A DNA stretch of 64,000 nt from Eledone cirrhosa (taxonomy: Eukaryota), in contig OZ024744.1 of assembly GCA_964016885.1 (NCBI GenBank), forward strand, positions 87,482,001-87,546,000, written 5' to 3'. Within the stretch, counting starts at the first letter, position 1. Each line of letters starts with the position of its first letter. Position numbers and translations under genes: made by a program. The notes under the pieces are model-generated. The model had not been told where the DNA came from. It did no database searches and was given only the letters and a program-made list of their open reading frames with translations. Shown in pieces: positions 52,686-64,000 of the stretch.

Positions 52686-54456
52686 ATGGGATGGATAGAT
52701 TACAAAAAAGCATTCTACATGGTATCTCATTCTTGGATAACCAAAAGCCTAGAGATCTTCAAGGTGGCAGATAACGTCAGACAGTTGTTGAGAAAAAGTA
52801 TGAAGTCCTGGGAAACAGAGTTAACATCGGGGGGAGAATCCTTGGGAGGCGGGAAGATCAAGAGAGGTATCTTCCAGAGAGATAGTTTGTCCCCTCTGTT
52901 GTTTGTCCTTGCCCTGATACCCCTGACCACTATATTGCGAAAAGTGAGAGCAGGATACGAGTTGGGAAAAGGAGAGCTTACCATCAACCACCTCCTCTTC
53001 ATGGACGATCTTAAACTCTTTGGGAAGAGTGAGAAGGAGTTGGATTTACTTGTTGACACTGTACGTATTTTCAGCAATGATATATGTATGGAATTTGGTA
53101 TTAATAAGTGTGGAGTCCTAGTGATGAAGAGGGGTAAATTGAGCAGAAGCAACGGAATCCAGGTACCAGTAGGTGAGATGATAAAGGAAATTGACACTGA
53201 AGAGGGATACAATATTTAGGTGTTCTGGAGACAGATGACATTAAGAACAAAAATAAATGAAGGAATTGATAAGATCTGAGTACATTAGGAGAGTAAGGAG
53301 CGTATTAAAGTCACATCTAAATAGTAGGAATGCCATAAGTGCAGTGAATTCCCGAGCTGTGTCTATTATTAGGTACAGTGTGGGAATTCTGAAATGGAAT
53401 GTTACTGAACAAAAAGAAATGGATAGGAAGACTATGGATAGGAAGCTATTGACTATCTACAACATGTTCTCCAAGAGGAGTGATTTCGATAATTCTACTT
53501 AAAGAGATCTGAAGGTGGAAGAGGTCTTATCAGCATAGAGGACTCTGTTCAGATGGAGAAAAACCTACACAAATACGTGATCGATAGTAAGGAGCCAATG
53601 CTCAGAATTGTACTGAAGGAGAGGACAATAGACCAGGGGATGTGTTAGGAGGAAATAACAACAAGGAGGAAGAGCAACCTTCATGAAAAATCCTTTCATA
53701 ATATCTTCTTTAAGAAAACTGAATTTAGAGATCCACAGACATGGAACTGGTTAAAAAGAGGAGACCTTAAAAAGGCTACAGAAGGAATGATAATGGCTGC
53801 GCAAGAGCAGGCACTCAGAACGAAGTGGGTGAAACACCATATTTACAAGGAGGGCGAAACACCATATTTACTGTGTAGGATCTGTGGAGAGAGAAAGGAG
53901 ACTGTGGCTCACCTTGTATCCGTGTGTAAACACCTAGCCCAGACTCACTATAAAGGCTGGAGCCATGATGTGATGGGCAGAGTGATCCACATTCTGAGAA
54001 GTGGTATGAGCATAAGCCAGAGTCGGTGATAGAAAACGATCAGGTGAAGGTGCTATGGGATTTTAGGATACAGGCGAACAATAAATTAGAACACAATAAG
54101 CCTGAACTGGTGGTTTACGACAAGGAAAAAAGATCGTGCCTGATTGTAGATATAGCATGCCCATTTGAAACGAGAGTGCAAGAAAAGGAGAGGGAGAAAA
54201 GTAACCGATACTAGGACCTAAAGTAGGGGTTAAACAGGATTTGAAACTGCCATGAAATCAAGGTCGTTCCGATTGTCATAGGCGCATTAGGTACTATCTC
54301 AAAGTGTTTCCAAGGATGGTTAAAGAAGGTTAGTCCAGCCCCGCTTTTTGGAACACTTCTAAAGGCATGCTTGCTGGGAACAGCAAGAACCCTCCGATAC
54401 GTCCTGAATATCTGAGGCTGCAGGTAAATAACATCAATGACTGAGACTCAAAGAAC
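52686..54456 (+). mobile_element. R4/Dong-type RLE LINE, 5'-truncated and decayed (family X)
   Basis: [47 protein letters not shown] and PE/DIACP motifs. Preceded by taataata and followed by (TAA)n. Confidence 0.95.
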
Positions 54457-54553
<97 letters not shown>

Positions 54554-54608
54554 GAAAGGGTGTAAACGAGGCTCATATGGCTGTAAGGATCAGCTTCTGG
54601 TTAACAAA

Positions 54609-56519
54609 ATGATACTGGAAGATTGTCATAATAGACACAAAAATCTATCGATTGCTTGGATAGATTATAAAAAAGCATTTGATAGTTTGCCACACAGTTG
54701 GATTGAAAAATGTTTAGAGATTTTCAAAATATCCCCCGTTGTCAGGAGGTTTTTGTCATTCAGTATGATGACATGGAGAACGACACTCCTTTTGAATAGT
54801 GAAACAAAATCACTGGAAGCTGGAGAAGTTAACATTAATTGTGGAATTTTTCAGGGTGACTCTTTATCACCGCTTTTATTCTGCATCGCACTTATACCAT
54901 TAAGTAAAATGCTCAATGAAACAAAACATGGATATAGAGTCTATGACAAAACCATTAATCACCTGTGCTACATGGATGACCTGAAACTATTCGCAAAAAA
55001 TGATGAACAATTGCAAGGGCTATTATCCACTGTGAAGCAGTTCAGTGATGACATTAAAATGGAGTTTGGACTGGATAAATGCGCCAAAGCAACGTTCACC
55101 AGAGGAAAGCTGCTGAAGAGTTCAGACATTAATCTTGATCGGGGGAACGTGATAAGAGAGCTTGATCAAGAACAAACTTACAAATATCTAGGTGTTTGTG
55201 AAGGAGACGGAATCAAGCACTCGACAATGAGGGAAAGGATAAGGAAGGAATGTTACCGCAGAGTCAGAGCAATCTTAAGAACGGAATTGAATGCAAGGAA
55301 TAGGATCGATGCCATAAACACGCTTGCCATACCAGTAGTAACCTACAGTTACAATGTCATCAACTGGTCAAGCACAGAGATCCGTAGGCTCGATACAAAA
55401 ATCCGAAAATTCTTAACCATGCACAGAATGCATCACCCTAAGGCAGACATAGATAGAATATATCTCCCTAGGAAAGAAGGAGGACGTGGGTTAATCCAGT
55501 TAGACATTGCGTTGAAAACTGCAACAATTGGATTATCCACATATCTAAGGGAATCACATGATTGGATGATCAAACTCGTTTTGAAACACGAAAGCACCAA
55601 AAGATCATATTCCATTACAAAAGATGCACAAAGATACAGTAATGGACTACAAATTTCAGAAGTCCCATTTACTGCTGAAATGGAAAACACAGGAAAAGCA
55701 AAGCTGGTAAAAGTAACTGCAAAGAAAGAACTGCTACAGAAACTGGCTAAGAAATGGCAAGAAAAGCCTCTGTATGGAAAATACCCAGAGCGAGCTAACA
55801 ATCCTGATGTTGACAAAACTTTAACCCATCAGTGGTTGGCATCCTCTGGACTGAAATCGGAGACTGAAGGACTGATTATATCCGCACAAGATCAGTGTCT
55901 GCCAACAAAAAATTACCAAGCCAACATAATAAAAAATGGGTGCAGCCCATTATGCCGTGTATGCAAAAAACAACCAGAGACCATTGACCATATAATTTCA
56001 ATGTGCAGTCCTATAGCTCCAACCGAATACCTAAACAGGCATGACAGAGCTGCACAATACATACATTGGATAATGTGTAAGCATTTTGACCTGCCCCATC
56101 AAAAGAATTGGTGGGAGCATCAACCACCTCCCATACTTGAAAAAGATCACATCTCAATCTTGTGGAACTTTAGCATCCAAACAGACCGAAAAATAGATGC
56201 AAATAGACCTGATATAATATTGAAGGACTTTCAAAGGAGGGTATGCCTGCTAATTGATATGTCTGTTCCAATAGACAAGAATGTATCTATAAAAACATTT
56301 GAAAAATTGAGCAAGTATAAGGACCTGGAGATAGAAATTGGAAAAATGTGGAAATTGAGAACTAAAACAATACCAGTGGTTGTAGGCGCTCTGGGAATGA
56401 TACCTAAGGGGTCTAACGACTACTTATCGCAAATCCCAGGAAACCCGCGTATAGGAGAAATACAAAAGATAGTACTAATGGGAACTGCCCATATACTAAG
56501 GAAGATCCTGTCAATATAA
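54609..56519 (+). CDS. R4/Dong-type LINE ORF: RT, CCHC zinc knuckle and restriction-like endonuclease (5'-truncated element 54551-56660, family Y)
   Basis: Uninterrupted 636 aa: [67 protein letters not shown]. (TAA)n on both sides. Confidence 0.95.
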   Translation: MILEDCHNRHKNLSIAWIDYKKAFDSLPHSWIEKCLEIFKISPVVRRFLSFSMMTWRTTLLLNSETKSLEAGEVNINCGIFQGDSLSPLLFCIALIPLSKMLNETKHGYRVYDKTINHLCYMDDLKLFAKNDEQLQGLLSTVKQFSDDIKMEFGLDKCAKATFTRGKLLKSSDINLDRGNVIRELDQEQTYKYLGVCEGDGIKHSTMRERIRKECYRRVRAILRTELNARNRIDAINTLAIPVVTYSYNVINWSSTEIRRLDTKIRKFLTMHRMHHPKADIDRIYLPRKEGGRGLIQLDIALKTATIGLSTYLRESHDWMIKLVLKHESTKRSYSITKDAQRYSNGLQISEVPFTAEMENTGKAKLVKVTAKKELLQKLAKKWQEKPLYGKYPERANNPDVDKTLTHQWLASSGLKSETEGLIISAQDQCLPTKNYQANIIKNGCSPLCRVCKKQPETIDHIISMCSPIAPTEYLNRHDRAAQYIHWIMCKHFDLPHQKNWWEHQPPPILEKDHISILWNFSIQTDRKIDANRPDIILKDFQRRVCLLIDMSVPIDKNVSIKTFEKLSKYKDLEIEIGKMWKLRTKTIPVVVGALGMIPKGSNDYLSQIPGNPRIGEIQKIVLMGTAHILRKILSI

Positions 56520-56659
56520 GTACATCACAAGTCTAAACACTAAGGATGCATGTGTGAATATGTGTGTTCTTTCTTGAACATGGCGGACCTTGTTGTCTCT
56601 TGAGGTCACTGGTTGTGACTTGGTGATAACTCGTATAAACATAAAGCAAGATAAATGCA

Positions 56660-56721
<62 letters not shown>

Positions 56722-57539
56722 TAGGGAAGAAAACGCACATGGTAGATATATATCGTTATGGAATCGCTGCCGTAAGTTTTTGATTTTTACTTATTTAAAA
56801 CAACAGTGATAGAATAATTCTTATTACAAATGAAGTATAAGATTACAAAGGACGCTCAGCAAGCCATAACGCATTACTTTACGGCATAGGGCCCCAATAT
56901 GTAATATTTAATTTTGGATCAGAAATGTTATAGTCGAAAAAGAGGAAAATGGCTAAATAGCTAAATGGCTAAGTGGACAGACAGGCAAATAATTTCACCA
57001 CCAACACCACCACCGCCACCATCACCACTACCACGCCAAAAACTCTAGTCAAGTTACCTCAACTTCTATTTCTACTTCAACTTCAACACCACCACTACAG
57101 TACTACGATCACATCACCACCACCATTGCCTCATTATCGCTACCGCCGCTATTCTCTTCCACTACTTCCTGCTAAGTACTACTAGCACAGCACCATCACC
57201 ACCAACACCACTGCCTCATTATCACTACCGCCGCTATTCTCTCCCACTACCTCCTGCTAAGACATGCATCGTAATGTCCCCATTAAAAGAAGAAGGCATC
57301 AAAAGATATAAATAGACTGATTTGATGACCCGGTCAAAAAATCAAAAAACCAAAAATCAAAATCAAAACAGCACAGCAACAACGAAAAACGTAAAGAAAA
57401 GAAAAATGAAAAGAAAAACAAACAGACAGACAGAGAAGGAAAAAAAAAAAAACTAAGTTAGACATTCAAACATTACATTACAATGAAACTTATGCTTATT
57501 CTTTTTTTTTTTTTTTACCTATTTATTTGTTTGTTTATT

Positions 57540-60500
57540 TATGTTCGTCTACAGCGTGATAGTGCGACACTAAAATCACCGGTGGTTATGTAACCATACA
57601 TTCACCAATTCTCGATAAGAGTGTTTAAATGTCGAACCTAAACAGTTCGAATAACGGTGAAGTGGAGACTGGAATGTCATGTGACAGACTCTCACCCAGC
57701 AGGTGCTCCCTGGCTCAGCAGCAGGGACCTGGCTGTCAACCAAATACTGCTGGTGTCGGCGGAAGAAGAAGAAGGAAAGCGACCAGAACCAACTGGACGA
57801 AAGAATTGATTAGAACTGTTATGCAATGTTACCTGAAGAGTAACCCCAAGGAGAAAGGCTATAGGAAACGGATGCATAACATCTGGAACGAGATTGGTCT
57901 ATTTAAAGTAGATGAACAAAAATTGGCCAGGCAGGCTCGGGTAATAAGAACTAATGGATGGATAAGCGAGCTGGAACTGGAGGAACTGAGCAGAGAGATT
58001 AGGTTGGAAATGGAGGGTGGAGTATGCCAGGCAAACGAGCCAGTGGGAAATGAAGGTGAAGAGGTTGAGAGAACGGAGGAACCATCCGAAGAAGACAATG
58101 ATCTGAATGCTGAAATAAATAATACCTGGGACAAAGATACGGCCATTGAGGAGATGAATGCTGACGGGCTAGGACAAGATTTGGTTGATATCCTAAACTT
58201 AGTGGTAGATGAATTGAACAATGATAGTGGGAAACCTATGAACCTAAGATTTGTAGACAGGAAAAAGTTAAAAGAAACAACAGCTAAGGTAAACAAAGTC
58301 ATCCCATACCTTGAGGCGAGGAGCCTTCACCAGTGCAACAATATCCTCAAAGCAACAGCAAATGCGGTGAGAAAATTACTTGGCATAAAAGCGAGAGGAA
58401 ACAACAAACAAGAAAGATCAGAACCTTGGTGGAAGAAACGACTGAATGGTCAAATCAGGGAAATGAGAAATGAGATTGGAAAGCTTGAGTCCCTACTGAA
58501 TGGGACACTAAAAAACATAGACACTGAAAATAGACTGGAAATAAAGTACAAAACTTGGAGGAAAAAGCTAAATATTATCATAGAGGAACTGAAGCAACGC
58601 ATTGTAGCAAAGAGTGCAAAAATTAGGCGATACGAGAGCAGAGTCAGTCAGTATAGACAGAACCGCATGTTTGACAACAACCAGAAGATGCTGTTTGGAC
58701 AGCTTGAAGGGAAAGAAAGAGGCAACGACTTGATCACTGAGGCGGAACAAACTAAGACATTCTGGAGAGGAATATGGGAGCAGGATGTTAAACATAATGA
58801 CCAGGCAGTGTGGATTGAGACAGTACAAAAGGAGATTAGTGAACAGGCACACCAACAAACTGATTTGAGTATCACAGTTGAAATTCTTAAGGGGCAGGCC
58901 AAAAAAAAATTAACCAACTGGAAATAACCAGGCCCAGATGGTGTGCAAGGGTATTGGATTAAAAATATAACATCCCTCCACTCGAAACTGACAACCATGT
59001 TCAATGACTGCTTGATGTCAGGTGAGGTACCAGAGTGGTTGACAAAAGGTACCACAGTTCTGGTAATGAAAGACCGAATCAAGGGTAATGATGTTACCAA
59101 CAATAGACCTATCACATGTCTGTCCGTAATGTGGAAACTGTTGACAAGCATTATGTCTGAGGAAATCTACCATCACCTCCACACAAACAACTTGTTAACG
59201 GACGAACAGAAAGGATGCCGAAAGAAGTCGCGTGGTACAAAGGACCAGTTACTTATTGATAAGATGGTAATGAGGAATTGCAAGAGGAAACACACTGGTC
59301 TTGCCATGGGATGGATAGACTACAAAAAGGCATTTGACATGGTGCCTCATTCTTGGATCACCAAAATCCTAGTGATCTTCAAGGTGGCAGATAACATGAG
59401 ACAGTTGTTGGGCAAAAGTATGAAGTGCTGGAAAACAGAGTTAACATCAGCTGGAGAATCCCTGGGAGTCGTGAAGACCAAGAGAGGTATCTTCCAGGGA
59501 GATAGTCTGTCCCCACTGTTGTTTGTCCTTGCCCTGATGCCCCTGACCATTATACTGCGAAAAGTGAGAGCAGGGTACAAGTTGGGAAAGGGAGAGCTTA
59601 CCATCAATCACTTCCTCTTCATGGACGATCTTAAGCTCTTCGGGAAGAGTGAGAAGGAGTTGGATGTGCTTGTTGACACTGTCCGTATTTTCAGCAATGA
59701 TATATGTATGCAATTTGGTATTAGTAAGTGTGGAGTCCTTGTGATGAAGAGGGATAAATTGAGCAGAAGCAACGGAATCCAGATACCAACAGGTGAGATG
59801 ATAAAGGAAATTGACACTGAAGAAGGATACAAGTATTTGGGTGTTCTGGAGACTGATGACATCAAGAACAAAAAAAAATGAAGGAATTGATAAGATCTGA
59901 ATACATTCGGAGAGTAAGGAGCGTATTAAAGTCACATATGAACAGTAGGAATGCCATAAGTGCAGTAAATTCCCGAGCTGTGTCTATTATTATGTACAGT
60001 GCGGGAATTCTGAGATGGAATGTTGCTGAACAAAACGAAATCGATAGGAAGACTAGGAAGCTATTGTCTATCTACAACATGTTCCACAAGAGGAGTGATG
60101 TCGATAGACTCTACTTAAGGAGATCTGAAGGTGGAAGAGGTCTTATCAGCATAGAGGACTGTGTTCAGATGGAGAAAAACAACCTACACAAATACGTGAC
60201 CGATAGTAAGGAGCCAATGCTCAGAATTGTACTGAAGGAGAGGACAATAGACCAGGGTATGTCCAAAGAGGAATTAACAACAAGGAGAAAGAGCAGCCTT
60301 CATGAAAAATCCCTTCATAGTACCTTCTTTGAGAAAACGGAATTCAGAGATCCACAGACATGGAACTGGTTGAAAAGAGGAGACCTTAAAAAGGCTACAG
60401 AAGGAATGCTAATGGCTGCGCAAGAGCAGGCCCTCAAAACGAAGTGGTTGAAACACCATATTTACAAGAAGGAGGCTAGCCCACTGTGCAGGATCTGTGG

Positions 60501-61140
60501 AGAGAGAGAGGCGACTGTGGCTCACATTGTATCCGAGTGTAAACACCTAGCCCAGACTCACTATAAAGGCTGGTGACATGATGTGAGTGATGGGCAGGGT
60601 GTTCCACTGGCACCTATGCAAAGTAAACAATTTACCACATTCTGAGAAGTGGTATGAGCATAAGCCAGAGGCGGTGATAGAAAACGATCGTTTGAAAGTG
60701 CTGTGGGATTTTAGGATACAGACGGACAAGAAACTGGAACACAATAGACCTGACCTGGTGGTTTTGGATAAGGAAAAAAGATCGTGCCTGATTGTGGATG
60801 TGGCCTGCCCATTCGACACGAGAGTGCAAGAGAAGGAGAGGTAGGAAATTAACCGATACCAGGGCTTAAAATGGGAGGTAAAAAGGATTTGGAACTGCCA
60901 TGAAGTCAAAGTGGTCCCGATTGTCATAGGCGCACTAGGTACTATCTCAAAAAGTTTCCAGAGATGGTTAAAGAAAATTGGCCCCGCTCCGCTTTTTGGA
61001 ACGCTTCAAAAGGCATTCTTGCTGGGAACAGCAAGAACCCTCCGATACGTCCTGAATATCTGAGGCTGCAGGTAGTGGCTTGATATTCATTTCAACAAAC
61101 TTTCCAGTTAACTAACATCAATGACTGAGACTCAAAGAAC
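57540..61140 (+). mobile_element. Near full-length R4/Dong-type RLE LINE (family X) with disablements
   Basis: Single long ORF 57629-61063, broken by an in-frame stop at NWK*PGPDG (58925), a frameshift in the A-run at ~59875 and later stops. The 3' end caatgactgagactcaaagaac+(TAA)n is shared with the 52.7-kb copy. Confidence 0.95.
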
Positions 61141-61167
61141 AATAATAATAATAATATATATATATAA

Positions 61168-61260
61168 TAATTGTTTCTACGTTAGGCACAAGGCCAGCAA
61201 TTACCCAGTGTATTACTGGTACTTTATTTTATCGACCCCGTAAACATGAAAGGCAAAGTT
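61168..61260 (-). mobile_element. SINE family A 3' fragment (a family B fragment lies at ~61975-62070 on -)
   Basis: Tail and core motifs. Confidence 0.8.
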
Positions 61261-62268
61261 ATATATAATAATAATAATAATAATAATATATATGTGTGTG
61301 TGTGGGGGGGGGGTCAGATCTGCTTCTATTTCGACAGTGCTGCAGAGATGATAATTTTTAATTCTTCACATCTGATACTTTCCGAATACCATATTTCGTG
61401 ATTCATTAGTCCTCGACATGAGTTTTCACAATATAGAAATGTAGCGACAATAGTGTCTTCTAACTGGTGCACCATCTGTCTGTGTCTTGCATCAAGAGAA
61501 CGTTGGGTGTGCGGATTTTCAAATTCGTTGGATTTGATCAGAAATTTAATATTTAATTTTGAACAATGGATTGATGTGCATCGACGCATCATATTCAAGT
61601 GAACAGTAATCCTAACATTTTATTGTCATGGAATTTAACACCTGCATCACATAAGGAAATAATTCGTCGGGAGGTTGGGTTTAATAGCGTTTAATAGTTA
61701 GCCGTTGACTCCCATGTGTTCCTCTGCCCATTCACGAGCTTTGTTCTTCATCAAGCAGTGTTTCCAAAAAATCACCCTCCTCATAAATCACAGACATGGG
61801 GGGGGGGGGCTGCTTGCTTAATCACAGAAGACCCAGCAACTAGATGTACTAAATTACATTTTGATGAATGAAAGTTGTACATACCTGTGTGTGTACATAC
61901 CTGTGTGTGTATGTGTATGTGTATGTTTGCGTGTCTGTGTGTGGCCATATAATCAGCTTCCACTGTATACATATGTGAACTGGAGCATTGCAAAATAAAG
62001 TGTCTTGCTCAAGGATACAACGCATCACCCAGTCTGGGAATCGATATCACGACCCTAATAATGTAAATCCAGTGCTCTATCATGTATATATATATATAAT
62101 ATATATATATATAGAGAGAGAGGGAGATTGAGAGAGAGAGAGAAAGAAATAGAGAGAGAAAGAAATAGAGAGAGAGAGAGGGGGGGGGGGGAGAGAAATA
62201 CATATATATATATATATATATATACACATTATATTAATAAATGGAAACTATATTTATAAAACCATAAT

Positions 62269-62334
62269 TATTTTATTATATATATTTAAAGGGCAACCAA
62301 GGCAAATTTTGGTGCACTTTCATCAGATAAAATA
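62269..62334 (-). ncRNA. Type I hammerhead relic with GAAA changed to TAAA
   Basis: tattttat-CTGATGA-aagtgcaccaa...ttggttgccctt-TAAA-tatatata-ataaaata; same pLTR family as 5805 and 13639. Confidence 0.6.
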
Positions 62335-62448
62335 CAAATTTGTTTTCATAAATGTTGACATACCCGCCGAAGAACAACCTTGACGGTTGGAAGTTCGCTT
62401 TATAAAACTTTTAAGTTTGTTGAATTCCAACAAATTAAATATAACCTT

Positions 62449-62493
<45 letters not shown>

Positions 62494-63256
62494 TAGTGTG
62501 GGAGAAAGAGGAAATGCATGTGTCTGTCTGTATGTATGTATCTATGTATGTATGTATCTATGTATGTATGTATGGATGGATGGATGAAAGAATGGATGCG
62601 CTAACTATTTATTATTATGAATAGATATGTCTGGTCGGCTGTTGGATATATTACTCTATTTTCTTTCTCTCCTCTTAGTAACAATAGTTATATTAACAAC
62701 TTACGTCTTCGTAGTCGACACTTTCTCTTCATGTTTCACTTAGGCTTTGTTCTCTTCACATATTTAGTGTGTGTCGAATGTATGTTTGTAGCTAACTGGT
62801 TGTTTGTTTGGCTGAAAATTTTCACTACTTCTTGTAATCTATTTATTTCCTACGTCTATTATTATAGCATGCAGATAAGTTTTAGAGTTGTGATGTCTAT
62901 TCCGTCAGCCCATTCTTTCATCAATGATGGAAATCATTCGACAGGCTAAGAAAAACAAAATAAAGATGGCTGTTGTCGTTGGCGTGAGTCCATCTATTTC
63001 GTTCGTAGCATTACGCAGCATGTGACGTAAGCATGTGACCTATGTTTCAGGAGCATATATCTAAGCACGGAAATACGATGCGAGGAAATGGTCAGTTAAA
63101 TCTAATATTTCATTCCCTTTTATTTCGCAGTTCCCTGCCGTCTGCCAAGCTATCACGTGACACATATTCGAACTGTGTATATAAAAAGAAGAAAACATTG
63201 GTTGAAAACATTTTACTTTATCTTTTTTTTTGTGTGTGTTTGTATATGTGAATGTA

Positions 63257-63333
<77 letters not shown>

Positions 63334-63502
63334 AAAAGAGAACGACTGTTTGTGTTTGTGTTTGCGTGCGTGTGTTTAAAAGCGTACGCGTATATGAGTA
63401 CATTGTATGTGAATGTGTGTATTTTTGTAAATTTCGTTCTTGTTTGGAGAGGTTGTACAAAATGAAGAATCCACACAAGTCTGACTATATTGAGCACAAC
63501 AT

Positions 63503-63587
<85 letters not shown>

Positions 63588-63778
63588 CTAAAGTAATGTT
63601 CATGTAAAATATGTTTATGTGCGCTTGTAATTTTCTTGTGTACGTTCATTTATGTATGCGTAACATAAAACTATATGAATCTCTAATCCAACACTTAGAA
63701 TCTACCTGTATATACAAACACACACATATATGTCTCTTTCCCTCACTCACAATCTCTCTGTCTCTCACTCTCTCTCTC

Positions 63779-63815
<37 letters not shown>

Positions 63816-63945
63816 TTGTATATACAGGTAGATTCTAAGTGTTGGATTAGAGATTCATATAGTTTTATGTTACGCATACATAAATGAACGTCCACAAGAA
63901 AATTACAAGCGCACATAAACATATTTTACATGAACATTACTTTAG

Positions 63946-63984
<39 letters not shown>

Positions 63985-64000
63985 ATGTTGTGCTCAATAT

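Noticed and set aside
55433-60927. Minus-strand ORFs overlapping the R4/Dong LINEs
   Set aside because: They are antisense shadows of the RT reading frame.
61326-61598. 90-aa ORF in apparently unique sequence
   Set aside because: No recognisable motif or splice structure; it would need a homology search.

Overview
Very AT-rich, microsatellite-saturated eukaryotic DNA. The tRNA-derived SINE family and the repeat landscape resemble a coleoid cephalopod such as Octopus (inference, not checked). I can recognise no host protein-coding exon. Most ORF-track entries are translated microsatellites. The real coding content is retroelement-derived: three R4/Dong-type RLE LINEs in (TAA)n tracts at 52.7-61.1 kb (one with an uninterrupted 636-aa RT/zinc-knuckle/endonuclease ORF), RTE LINE fragments, two Penelope-like GIY-YIG fragments and a CRE-like C-terminus. 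SINEs and hAT-type MITEs are also present. The most notable signal is RNA structure. More than 25 hammerhead-ribozyme (HHR) motifs or relics lie in Penelope-pLTR/retrozyme-like repeats, fold-back inversions and a ~630-bp tandem array. Seven of them, in four divergent families (6.2/6.9, 10.5/11.0, 14.5 and 48.3/48.8 kb), keep the full catalytic core and covarying stems I and III, but their strand order (III-UH-I ... GAAA-III ... I-CUGAUGA) is not a circular permutation of type I/II/III. They are candidate non-circularly permuted, pseudoknotted hammerheads. All structures were read by eye and none has been tested.
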